A stretch of DNA of 64,000 nucleotides, taken from assembly GCA_950097015.1 (NCBI GenBank), contig CATNEN010000008.1, positions 3,782,001-3,846,000 of the forward strand. The letters run 5' to 3'. Made by a program: the position numbers and the translations under genes. Below, one piece after another: positions 48,601 to 61,400 of the stretch. Below the pieces are notes generated by a model. It was not told the origin of the DNA, did no database searches, and was given only the letters and a program-made list of their open reading frames with translations. Each line of letters opens with the position of its first letter. Positions within the stretch are counted from its first letter, which is position 1. Source of the stretch: Macrostomum hystrix. Its lineage: Eukaryota > Animalia > Platyhelminthes.

Positions 48601-50580
48601 ATTGGACGATTCATAGATAAAAGACTGGATTGGACAATCCATAGATAAGAGACTAGATTGGACAATCCATACATAAGAGACTGGATTGAACGATTCATAG
48701 ATGAGAGACTGGATTGGACAATCCATACATAAGAGACTGGATTGGACGATTCATAGATAAAAGACTGGATTGGACAATCCATAGATAAGAGACTGGATTG
48801 GACAATCCATAGATAAGAGACTAGATTGGACAATCCATACATAAGAGACTGGATTGAACGATCCATAGATAAGAGACTGGATTGGACAATCCATACATAA
48901 GAGACTGGATTGGACGATTCATAGATAAAAGACTGGATTGGACAATCCATAGATAAGAGACTAGATTGGACAATCCATACATAAGAGACTGGATTGGACA
49001 ATCCATACATAAGAGACTGGATTGGACAATCCATACATAAGAGACTGGATTGAACGATTCATAGATGAGAGACTGGATTGGACAATCCATAGATAAGAGA
49101 CTGGACTGGATTGGACAATCCATACATAAGAGACTGGATTGGACAATCCATACATAAGAGACTGGATTGAACGATCCATAGATAAGAGACTGGATTGGAC
49201 AATCCATACATAAGAGACTGGATTGGACGATTCATAGATAAAAGACTGGATTGGACAATCCATAGATAAGAGACTGGATTGGACAATCCATACATAAGAG
49301 ACTGGATTGAACGATTCATAGATGAGAGACTGGATTGGACAATCCATACATAAGAGACTGGATTGGACGATTCATAGATAAAAGACTGGATTGGACAATC
49401 CATAGATAAGAGACTGGATTGGACAATCCATAGATAAGAGACTAGATTGGACAATCCATACATAAGAGACTGGATTGAACGATTCATAGATAAGAGACTG
49501 GATTGGACAATCCATACATAAGAGACTGGATTGGACGATTCATAGATAAAAGACTGGATTGGACAATCCATAGATAAGAGACTAGATTGGACAATCCATA
49601 CATAAGAGACTGGATTGGACAATCCATACATAAGAGACTGGATTGGACAATCCATACATAAGAGACTGGATTGGACAATCCATACATAAGAGACTGGATT
49701 GGACAATCCATACATAAGAGACTGGATTGGACAATCCATACATAAGAGACTGGATTGGACAATCCATACATAAGAGACTGGATTGGACAATCCATACATA
49801 AGAGACTGGATTGAACGATTCATAGATGAGAGACTGGATTGGACAATCCATAGATAAGAGACTGGACTGGATTGGACAATCCATACATAAGAGACTGGAT
49901 TGGACAATCCATACATAAGAGACTGGATTGAACGATCCATAGATAAGAGACTGGATTGGACGATCCATACATAAGAGACTGGATTGGACGATTCATAGAT
50001 AAAAGACTGGATTGGACAATCCATAGATAAGAGACTGGATTGGACAATCCATACATAAGAGACTGGATTGAACGATTCATAGATAAGAGACTGGATTGGA
50101 CAATCCATACATAAGAGACTGGATTGGACGATTCATAGATAAAAGACTGGATTGGACAATCCATACATAAGAGACTGGATTGGACGATTCATAGATAAAA
50201 GACTGGATTGGACAATCCATAGATAAGAGACTGGATTGAACGATTCATAGATAAGAGACTGGATTGGACAATCCATACATAAGAGACTGGATTGAACGAT
50301 CCATAGATAAGAGACTGGATTGGACAATCCATACATAAGAGACTGGATTGGACGATTCATAGATAAAAGACTGGATTGGACAATCCATAGATAAGAGACT
50401 AGATTGGACAATCCATACATAAGAGACTGGATTGAACGATTCATAGATGAGGGACTGGATTGGACAATCCATACATAAGAGACTGGACTGGATTGGACAA
50501 TCCATAGATAAGAGACTGGACTGGATTGGACAATCCATAGATGAGAGACTGGACTGGATTGGACAATCCATGGATAAAAG
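45630..50580. repeat. 28-bp satellite (GAGACTGGATTGGACGATTCATAGATAA / ..ACAATCCATACATAA), ~170 copies, between the eEF2 genes
   Basis: Direct tandem units with variant patterning; AT-richer degenerate units at 45630-45850. Confidence 0.98.
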
Positions 50581-51415
50581 AATCGACCAAGTGACTTATT
50601 CTCAATACATTTTAGATATATATTTCACATTTTCCAGTTTTTTAAGCAATATGATGTGAATTACCATAACTAATTGAGTAAATTATCAAAAAGTCCAAGG
50701 TCACAAGCAATCAGTTAATATGTATTTTTCGCATTTTTTGATCAATTTTATTAAATCATCGGCGGCTTTTCGCTTTCATCTTTGCAGACTGCTCGCTCGC
50801 TGTGCCCACATCACACAATCCATTATATTTGATGTTAATTAGTAGCAGTAGTATGATAGCAGTAGTACTTGCGCCAAGTTTTGCCCCCGCATAAGTTAAA
50901 CAGTTTCACAGGGATTAATGCAATTTAGTTGATGTTGCGCATGGGAGACAAAAAAACGAAAGGAAAAATCTGAACTTAGCCATCATTTATTTCCGTTTCC
51001 ATACAAGTTCCTATTTCTTTGATAGTATTCAAATCGGTTTTTCAGACCAGATTTCCTTTGTATCCAAGCAGTACATTATTCACAACGAAACCATAGCTAC
51101 AATAAAAGTACAAATATTTATTTCACAACTATCTGTCAACGCCTAGGCCAAATGGCACAGGGCCCTTCAACCAGTTAATACAGATTTCCGAATTCATCAA
51201 CTCGACCATGTTAGCGCACAGCAGGAATAACTCACCAAAGGAAATCGGGCCGGCAAAACCCAACAATTTTTCCCAGGCTTGATTGTTTAAAGAGGATTTC
51301 AGAATAACAGAGGTTAATAGAATATTACTTTTCATAAAGCAGGGGAAAACGGCATTCTTCGCCACAACAAGAGTTGGCTCAATTTCTGCCCCAGTTTCGC
51401 TAGCAATCGCTGAGC

Positions 51416-54400
51416 TCACAGCTTGTCCAGGAAGCGGTCAAGCGGCGGTATGCCCTCCTGCAGGCCCTTGCGCTTGCGAGTGTCCAACACAATCTGGTAG
51501 GGCTTGGTGCCGCTAGTCAGCGGGTCTCCGGGCATCACCTGCCAGTGGTCGAATACGCACTGCGGGAAGGCCTGGCCGCCCGTGGCCTGGCGCAGGTCGG
51601 AGGTGAAGCCGAAGCTCTCGTTTACTGGCAGGTGGGCCTTCACGATGAACATCGGCGTGCCGGTCACCTGTAAGAATTCGTTGGACGTCAGTTACAAGTA
51701 TCACCTGGTTAAAGCTTAGTTCTGGGAATCATGGTATGATGGGAGAGGATCTGGGAGAATTGCATAGGGAACAGATAAGATGGAATTTGAGGAGAGGATC
51801 TGGGAGAATTGCATAGGGAACAGATAAGATGGAATTTGAGGAGAGGATCTGGGAGAATTGCATAGGGAACAGATAAGATGGAATTTGAGGAGAGGATCTG
51901 GGAGAATTGCATAGGGAACAGATAAGATGGAATTTGAGGAGAGGATCTGGGAGAGTTGTATGGGGATCAGAGAGTACTGTGACAAAATCTGTTTCACTCG
52001 CCTGCTCCTCGGAGAACACGACACCGCGACGACGGTTCAGCACTCCGTAGATGCCGCCGACGGCGTTCTCCGGGCACTGGATCTCGCACAAGTAGACTGG
52101 CTCCAGCAGGGCTGGCTCGGCAGTCAGCACAGCGGCGTAAAAGCAGCGCCTGGCGGTCGGGATAATCTGACCGCCGCCGCGGTGAATGGCGTCAGTGTGG
52201 AGCGTCACGTCAGCAATGTCGAAGCGGCAGCCGCGCATGTTCTCATCGCAGAGGACGCCCTCCTTGGTGGCCCACTGGAAGGCGGCGACAACGCTGTCCT
52301 TGATCTCGGCCAGGTACTGCACACCCTTGGTGACGTCAACAACCAGGTTGGGGCCGTTGGTGTCCGGGCCGAAGCACCAGATCTTGCGGGCCTCAGTGAC
52401 GTCCCAGTTGTAGGTGTCGGCCAGGATGCGGCCACGGTCCTTGACGTCCTGACGCGGCGCGATCTTGCCATCGTCGATATCTTTGCAGAGGTCCTCGTCT
52501 AGCGGACGGGCCTTCATGTACAGCCGATTGTGCTTGTTGGGTGACTTGGACAGCACCACCTGTGGTTTAGGGAGAGATGGTATACGATTAGATTATAATC
52601 TAATCTAATCACTAACCTCTAATTAGTGATTAATTAGAGTTGCAGCACTGACTTGTTAGTTCAACAGACAACTGATGGATGATTAGGAGAGCACGTTAAT
52701 CATGGTAGATAAGCAAGTAATGGTAATAAGTAAATTCAAGTAAGAAAAACCACGGTTTTCTCTGGGTAATAACCTGGTTGCTCTCGTTGGTGACAGTCTC
52801 GCGGTAGGACACCACAGGGTCGCCAGTCTTGATTGGGATCTGAGCGTGGTCCTCCTCCAGATCCTTGAGGCAGATCTCGAGATGCAGCTCGCCAGCTCCG
52901 GCGATGATGTGCTCACCGGACTCCTCGTTGTAGATCTGCACCATGGGGTCGGACTTGGCCAGTCGCTTCAGGCCCTCAACCAGCTTGGGCAGATCGGACG
53001 GGTTCTTGCAGTCCACGGCGACGCGAACGACGGGCGACACGCTGAACTTCATGACGCGCATGTTGTGCGCAGCGGCGAATGTCGTGATGGTGCCGGTCTT
53101 GACCAGGAACTGATCGACGCCAACCAAGCCGCAGATGTTGCCGCAGGGCACGTCCTCGATCGGCTCGGTGTAACGGCCCATCATGAGGATGGTGCGCTGG
53201 ATGCTCTTCTCGAACAGGTCGTCCTTCTTGCCGGGCGTGTAGTTGGGGCCCATGATGCGCACCTTGTTGGCGCTGACAACACCGGAGAACACACGGCCGA
53301 AGGCGTAGAAGCGGCCCTTATCGGAGGTGGGCACCATCTTGGAGATGTACATCATCAGCGGAGCCTTCGGGTCGCAGGTCTTGATGCCGACGGCGGCTTC
53401 GTCGTCGTGCGGTCCCTCGTACAGCAGCTCCATGCGGTAGCGCTGGGAGGTCACTGGCGATGGCAGGTGGATGGCAATCATCTGCAGCAGGGTGTCGCCG
53501 GCCGGCAGCCACTTGCGCATCATCACCTTCAGCAGAGGCTTGTCCCGCAGCTCGCGCTCCTCAGCGTCCAGCTTGATGTTCATCTTCTCGGCCAGCTTTA
53601 GGCCCTCCTCGGCCGGCTTCTCCATCACCACTTCGAACACCTGGTTAGAGAAGGCAGGGCGGGCCGCATAGATAAGAGTTGAGATGATATATTAGAAATC
53701 TGATTGGCAAATATGCACCTTATCATCAGAAACACTGAATCCTCAACAGAGTCCACAACTGTGGTCCACTCAGCCTGGGGCAGTAAAGGGTCATCACATA
53801 AGAGTTTAGCAGAATCAAAATTTAAGTAGGACACCTAAGCCAGTGAGACCATTTGCAGCTTCATTTGAGAGTGTTCTGATGGCTAAATGTGATATTTTAG
53901 AAAAAAAAGTGTGTTAAAACAATAAAAAAGGCTTCATATGAGTTAAGCACATGAAAATGTATAGCAGAAAAATAGAACAGCATAGTTGTGGTCACAGTCA
54001 CACTGACTTAAGCTTCGTTAGACACACTAAATCAGCAAGTGCATCTATATACTGCATTAGCCTGGGGCACAATGAGTTCAACGACTAATCAAATGCGAAG
54101 CAAAGCTGAAAATTTACAAAGCACTACTCACCTGGTAGATTGGGTTGAGCACGAACTGGATGAAGCCGCGAATGCACTTGTCATTCTCGGGTGTCTTTAC
54201 CCACTTCTTGGTCTCCGAGTTGTAGAAGTTGTCACCCCACAGCCGCTTCATGAGCTTCTGCGGCTCGATCTTGAACTTGGAGGCGTACATCTCGGCGAAC
54301 TGCTTCAGCGTGAACGCCCAAGCGTGCAGGCCGGAGCCGAAGCCAACGGTGCCCTTCTCTGGCGCAACGAAGATGTTGCCCATCGGTCCGCCCTCTTCCC

Positions 54401-57228
54401 CGAACTGGGCGATGATAACGTTGATGTTCTCAACGACGCGCTGGAACTGCTGGTACAGATCCTCCTTGCCCTTCTTCAGCGTCAGCAGCGAGCAGTCCAT
54501 CTTGTTCATGAACAGCACCGGCTTGATGCGCTCAGCGATGGCCTGGCGGAGCACAGTCTCCGTCTGCACGCACACGCCGGAGTTGCAGTCCACAACGACC
54601 AAGGCACCGTCAGTGACGCGCAGAGCGGCAGTCACCTGATCAAGATTATAGCATAAAAGTCAGACCGTCGTGACAATTCACATGCGAAAAGGGTTTTTTA
54701 GCCAACTCACCTCGGAGCTGAAGTCAACGTGGCCGGGAGAGTCGATGAGGTTGATCAGGAAGCCGCACTCGTCGGTTCCGTCGCTGCGGGTCGAAACCTC
54801 CTGCAGGCTCTTAACGTACTTGACATCAGGCTCGGTCAGCTCGTAGTACATGCTCACAGCAGTAGACTTGATGGTGATGCAGCGCTCCTGTTCGTCCTTG
54901 CGAGTGTCCGTGAACCGGGTCTCGCCAGCTCTAGCGGATGCGATGATGCCGGCCTTGGACAGCAGCGAGTCAGTCAGCGTGGACTTGCCATGGTCCACAT
55001 GGGCAATGACGGACATGTTGCGGATGTTCCGCTTGTTGTCCATCATGCCACGAATTTGACTTACAGTGAAGTTCACCTGGATTTAGTTTGAATGGTCGGC
55101 AGAACCTTCTGACATGATGTACTGAATGCTACATGATTTAAATGCTAATGGCAATGATACCAAATGATACCAAAACAGTTGTCTTCAGTCCATCTAGTAG
55201 CTATGATGCCCACATAGAATTTTTAGGGCAATATATAAATATCATCACAATAATGGCTTGTCTAATGAGAAAAATGTTATTAACTTGCCTTAGCAACAGT
55301 ACCAAACAATTTTTTTTTACTTTACAACACATCATTTTTAATAAGATGATAAGTTCTATCTGTTTCTTAGTTTACTACACTTTAAAAAGTTATTTTAAAT
55401 TTTATGCTATTAAATGTTGCTTATTGTATGATATAACAAACTCAGTTCTTTTTTCTCTTCTCAATATGCTGTTTTGTTAATTTAATTTAATTTAATCTGA
55501 TCTGATCATTTAATTTTAAACATTATTTCCTATTATTAACCAAATTCCTGTTCAAAAATGACAAAACAGACATTTTTGGAGTAAAATGTTTAGCTATTCA
55601 AGAATTTTATTATTGCATTAAGTATACTTGACTGAATTCATTTTATTTGCTATAGACAAGATCATTCTTTGTGCCCACAAGAAAAAATAAAGGCTAGAAT
55701 GCATATAAAAAATCTTTTTTGCACACAAAGTTAAAAGCTTTAAAAAGTTTATTGATGCCCATGTAAACACTTAAGTGGACTACAATGGAATGCAACAGAC
55801 CATAAAAGTAGTACAATGGACTGCAATAGACAACAGTAGGACCAAGGCAGTCATTTTTATTTTTTTATGATATGGCTTTAAGAGCACTGCTGATTTCAAG
55901 TTAACCATTTGTTTTAATTTAACTTATTTTCAAAAATTAAAAAGTATAAAAAGTATATATAATTTCAGAAAAAATCAAATAATTTGAACAAAAATAGTTT
56001 CACTGACAGTTTCATGGACATTTTCCACCTACACTTTTCTAAATTGACGAGCATAACTTGCGCCAACAGTTTCACAGACAGTTTCCACTGACAGTTTTCT
56101 AAATTGAGTTTTCTAAACTCAAATGAGTATAACTTGCGCTGACAGTTTCCACCAACAGTTTTCCAAATTTATCCCAAACTGTCAGTGAAAACTGTCTACA
56201 AATTTTTAACCACAGTTTGACCGACAGTTTCCACACTTACAGTTTCAGAAAAAATTCGGAAAACTGTTGGTGGGGTTTCAGACCACTTTGGCAAAAGACC
56301 ACATTGGCGAAAGACACTTTGGCGAAAGCCACTTTGGCGAAGCCACATTGGCAAAAGGTTTTTTTTGCCTTAATGCTTGACCACTTTGGCGCAGTCATTA
56401 CTGTGGTTTTGTTTTACTTTATATCCAATTAACCATTTGAAATATTCAAGTCTCCTCAGTCTCACAAAATTGAGTCCACTGAAATTATGTCCTCAATAAC
56501 ACATGACTGATTTGATGTGTTATTAGCATACTAAATATTCTTGAAAGCCTAAGGGGCGGCTGGGTTGAGAGAAAAACATGACATTTATTTATAATGTCTC
56601 AAATACAAATTAATCGAAAACGAATTAATTATTTGAATATTTCAGATGGTTAATTCTATATAAAGTAAAACAAAACCGTAGTAAAAGGCAAAGAAAAACC
56701 TTTCGCCAATGTGGCTTTGCCAAAGTGTCTTTTGCCAAAGTGGTCGGTACCCATTGGTGGAAATTGTCAGTGAAACTGTTGGTGCAAGTTATACTTGTGT
56801 TTTTATAGACCCAGTTTATTACACATAAAAAAGTTAAATGTCCTAAATAAATTCTAAGTGTTTATACTAATAGCCCTAAGACTTTAGACCAACTGTGAAT
56901 TTTCTAACTCATTTAGTTTTTTTACTTAGGAAATACATAAAAATCTAATTCAAGGATATTTTTATTGAGCTTGCATTTAATGCATGTGTCCATCTCAACG
57001 TCTATGAAGGTCAATGTCAGTTAAGAAGCAATTAGATAAAATAAAAATAATAATTCCACCGAGCGCAAGTGGATAAATTTAATTAGCAATGATTTATAGC
57101 TTAATAAGACAGTGTCTACAGAAACATTTTTAGTCAAATTAAATAAAAACATATTCGACACATTCACAGATTAAATGAGTTACAACAGTAAATAATTGTT
57201 TACAAGAACCGACAAACTAACTTACCAT
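51416..57228 (-). CDS. EEF2: Eukaryotic translation elongation factor 2, canonical copy (copy 2), 849 aa
   Basis: Exons: ATG 57228-57226, 55076-54711, 54635-54132, 53640-52774, 52559-52002, 51667-51416; total 2550 nt, open. Begins M-VNFTV..IR; T56 site [13 protein letters not shown]; SKSPNKHNR; diphthamide loop [17 protein letters not shown]; ends FLDKL. Last intron is GC-AG. Confidence 0.96.
51742..51950. repeat. 49-bp tandem repeat (4 units plus a partial) in the last intron of eEF2 copy 2
   Basis: Units start at 51742, 51791, 51840, 51889 and 51938 (partial). Confidence 0.95.
56270..56752. mobile_element. MITE-like element with imperfect TIRs and subterminal ACCACTTTGGC repeats, nested in a CTGACAGTTTCCAC-repeat foldback in eEF2 intron 1
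   Basis: GACCACTTTGGCAAAAGAC on the left and GTCTTTTGCCAAAGTGGTC on the right are exact inverses; no clean TSD. Confidence 0.6.
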
Positions 57229-58419
57229 CTTTTTGACGTTGCTAGTACTGTATAGTATCAGATATATACTCTAAAGAAATAAATAAATACAAATACTTTC
57301 TGTACTGTAACAGGGGTGAAGACTGTAAAGTAAATATTAGTGAAAGAAAATCCTTTTTGAAATATGCAAACTACAGAATAGTTGGCTTAGGTAAAACAAA
57401 GCTTGTACATATTGTTAAAGGACATAAAGTAACTAATGGTTTTTTATTTGTTAACTGCATTGTAATGAGTTTTCTGTGTGCTTAGTTCTTTCTGAAGTTT
57501 TGCAGGAATTTTGACATTGTGATTGTAGAAATTTTCACCCGTGTTGACACGGTAGTCAGCCTAAGAAACGATTTCGGAGCATGCACGAGGAGCGCATCAT
57601 AGGCTACTCGGCGCATGCTCCGTGTTCTAAGAGCATGCTCTTTCAGTTTAATTAGGCTCGATAGTCCAATTTAATAGGGAGGATCTACGCTACACTGCAG
57701 AAATAGACGCTTAGTATTAGTTATATAGCAAGTAGTTATATAGCAATTAGCTATATATAAATGTATTTTTAGTAGTAGTATTTTAATTTGTACAGTATTT
57801 AAATGTGAGAATCTATTCTAAATGCCAAAAAGACTCTTGACAATTCAAGATAGAAGAGAATCTCTCTACTGCATTATTGTAATCCTTTATGATATCTATT
57901 TAGTGGTCCAATGGTGCACAATAGAATCGATAATTGGCTTGAACAAAACTGTCAGTTAGTTAATAAAAAGGCTAGAACTAGTTTAGCTGCATGCCTGTAT
58001 AGTATTATTTGAACTAAAATTGTATTTCTAGCTGTCTTAAATGGGCAAGTATTAATATTAGGCCTAATATTAGCTAGGCCTATTAGCTTTCTTTTTGGAT
58101 TTAGGCCCAATTTAAATTGTTGATGTACCTGATCCCCTAAATTTATAATTACTTCTATGTATTGACTTGTAAATGAATAATTCAGCTAGCTTACTATCAC
58201 ATACTAGGCTTATAGCTATAGTCAAAGGCTTAAATAAATAACCATAAATTATTCCAATGCCATTGCAATGTCTATATGCATAAGTAACCAAGGCTTTTAC
58301 ATATAATTTATTAAATATAAAATCAAATGTCCATAGCTCTATAATCTATATATACAGTCCATTTCATAAGCTAATATAGCCTGCCTGTCTAAGGCAATAA
58401 ATAGGCAGGGGCTAGATAG

Positions 58420-61400
58420 TAGAGCTTGTAGTAGGCTAGCTGGTAGGGCTAGCTAGTAGGGGCAGGCTGGTAGGGGCTAGATGGTAGAGCTGTTAGGGGA
58501 TAGCTAGTAGGGGCTAGATAGTAGAGCTGTTAGGGGATAACTGGTAGTGGCTAGCATAGGCCTAGATAATAGAGTTAGGGGATAGCATAGTTGGTAAGGC
58601 TAGCTAGTAGGGGCAGGCTGGTAGGGGCTAGATGGTAGAGCTGTTAGGGGATAACTGGTAGTGGCTAGCATAGGCCTAGATAATAGAGTTAGGGAATAGC
58701 ATAGTTGGTAGGGATAGCTAGTAGGGGCTAGATGGTAGAGCTGTTAGGGGATAGCTGGTAGCAGCTAGCATAGGCCTAGATAATAGAGTTAGGGGATAGC
58801 TGGTAGGGCTAGCTAGTAGGGGCAGGCTGGTAGGGGCTAGATGGTAGAGCTGTTAGGGGATAACTGGTAGCCTAGGGGCTAGATAGTAGAGCTGTTAGGG
58901 GATAGCTAGTAGGGGCTAGATAGTAGAGCTGTTAGGGGATAACTGGTAGTGGCTAGCATAGGCCTAGATAATAGAGTTAGGGGATAGCATAGTTGGTAGG
59001 GCTAGCTAGTAGGGGCAGGCTGGTAGGGGCTAGATGGTAGAGCTGTTAGGGGATAACTGGTAGTGGCTAGCATAGGCCTAGATAATAGAGTTAGGGAATA
59101 GCATAGTTGGTAGGGATAGCTAGTAGGGGCTAGATGGTAGAGCTGTTAGGGGATAGCTGGCAGCAGCTAGCATAGGCCTAGATAATAGAGTTAGGGGATA
59201 ACTGGTAGGGCTAGCTAGCCAGTAGGGGCAGGCTGGTAGGGGCTAGATGGTAGAGCTGTTAGGGGATAACTGGTAGCCTAGGGGCTAGATAGTAGAGCTG
59301 TTAGGGGATAGCTAGTAGGGGCTAGATAGTAGAGCTGTTAGGGGATAACTGGTAGTGGCTAGCATAGGCCTAGATAATAGAGTTAGGGGATAACTGGTAG
59401 GGCTAGCTAGCCAGTAGGGGCAGGCTGGTAGGGGCTAGATGGTAGAGCTGTTAGGGGATAACTGGTAGCCTAGGGGCTAGATAGTAGAGCTGTTAGGGGA
59501 TAGCTAGTAGGGGCTAGATAGTAGAGCTGTTAGGGGATAACTGGTAGTGGCTAGCATAGGCCTAGATAATAGAGTTAGGGGATAGCATAGTTGGTAGGGC
59601 TAGCTAGTAGGGGCTAGATGGTAGAGCTGTTAGGGGATAACTGGTAGTGGCTAGCATAGGCCTAGATAATAGAGTTAGGGAATAGCATAGTTGGTAGGGC
59701 TAGCTAGTAGGGGCAGGCTGGTAGGGGCTAGATGGTAGAGCTGTTAGGGGATAACTGGTAGTGGCTAGCATAGGCCTAGATAATAGAGTTAGGGGATAGC
59801 ATAGTTGGTAGGGCTAGCTAGTAGGGGCAGGCTGGTAGGGGCTAGATGGTAGAGCTGTTAGGGGATAACTGGTAGTGGCTAGCATAGGCCTAGATAATAG
59901 AGTTAGGGGATAGCATAGTTGGTAGGGCTAGCTAGTAGGGGCAGGCTGGTAGGGGCTAGATGGTAGAGCTGTTAGGGGATAACTGGTAGTGGCTAGCATA
60001 GGCCTAGATAATAGAGTTAGGGAATAGCATAGTTGGTAGGGATAGCTAGTAGGGGCTAGATGGTAGAGCTGTTAGGGGATAGCTGGTAGCAGCTAGCATA
60101 GGCCTAGATAATAGAGTTAGGGGATAGCTGGTAGGGCTAGCTAGTAGGGGCAGGCTGGTAGGGGCTAGATGGTAGAGCTGTTAGGGGATAACTGGTAGCC
60201 TAGGGGCTAGATAGTAGAGCTGTTAGGGGATAGCTAGTAGGGGCTAGATAGTAGAGCTGTTAGGGGATAACTGGTAGTGGCTAGCATAGGCCTAGATAAT
60301 AGAGTTAGGGGATAGCATAGTTGGTAGGGCTAGCTAGTAGGGGCAGGCTGGTAGGGGCTAGATGGTAGAGCTGTTAGGGGATAACTGGTAGTGGCTAGCA
60401 TAGGCCTAGATAATAGAGTTAGGGGATAACTGGTAGGGCTAGCTAGCCAGTAGGGGCAGGCTGGTAGGGGCTAGATGGTAGAGCTGTTAGGGGATAACTG
60501 GTAGCCTAGGGGCTAGATAGTAGAGCTGTTAGGGGATAGCTAGTAGGGGCTAGATAGTAGAGCTGTTAGGGGATAACTGGTAGTGGCTAGCATAGGCCTA
60601 GATAATAGAGTTAGGGGATAACTGGTAGGGCTAGCTAGCCAGTAGGGGCAGGCTGGTAGGGGCTAGATGGTAGAGCTGTTAGGGGATAACTGGTAGCCTA
60701 GGGGCTAGATAGTAGAGCTGTTAGGGGATAGCTAGTAGGGGCTAGATAGTAGAGCTGTTAGGGGATAACTGGTAGTGGCTAGCATAGGCCTAGATAATAG
60801 AGTTAGGGGATAGCATAGTTGGTAGGGCTAGCTAGTAGGGGCTAGATGGTAGAGCTGTTAGGGGATAACTGGTAGTGGCTAGCATAGGCCTAGATAATAG
60901 AGTTAGGGAATAGCATAGTTGGTAGGGCTAGCTAGTAGGGGCAGGCTGGTAGGGGCTAGATGGTAGAGCTGTTAGGGGATAACTGGTAGTGGCTAGCATA
61001 GGCCTAGATAATAGAGTTAGGGGATAGCATAGTTGGTAGGGCTAGCTAGTAGGGGCAGGCTGGTAGGGGCTAGATGGTAGAGCTGTTAGGGGATAACTGG
61101 TAGTGGCTAGCATAGGCCTAGATAATAGAGTTAGGGGATAGCATAGTTGGTAGGGCTAGCTAGTAGGGGCAGGCTGGTAGGGGCTAGATGGTAGAGCTGT
61201 TAGGGGATAACTGGTAGTGGCTAGCATAGGCCTAGATAATAGAGTTAGGGAATAGCATAGTTGGTAGGGATAGCTAGTAGGGGCTAGATGGTAGAGCTGT
61301 TAGGGGATAGCTGGTAGCAGCTAGCATAGGCCTAGATAATAGAGTTAGGGGATAGCTGGTAGGGCTAGCTAGTAGGGGCAGGCTGGTAGGGGCTAGATGG

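Noticed and set aside
1386-50659. Long repetitive ORFs at 1.4, 5.0, 6.8, 8-9.8, 36, 38.5-39.8 and 45.8-50.6 kb
   Set aside because: They are translations of stop-poor satellite units, mostly within introns of identified genes.
41404-54656. Long antisense ORFs over the eEF2 (and SVOP) exons
   Set aside because: These are the expected shadow ORFs of GC-rich codon usage on the opposite strand.
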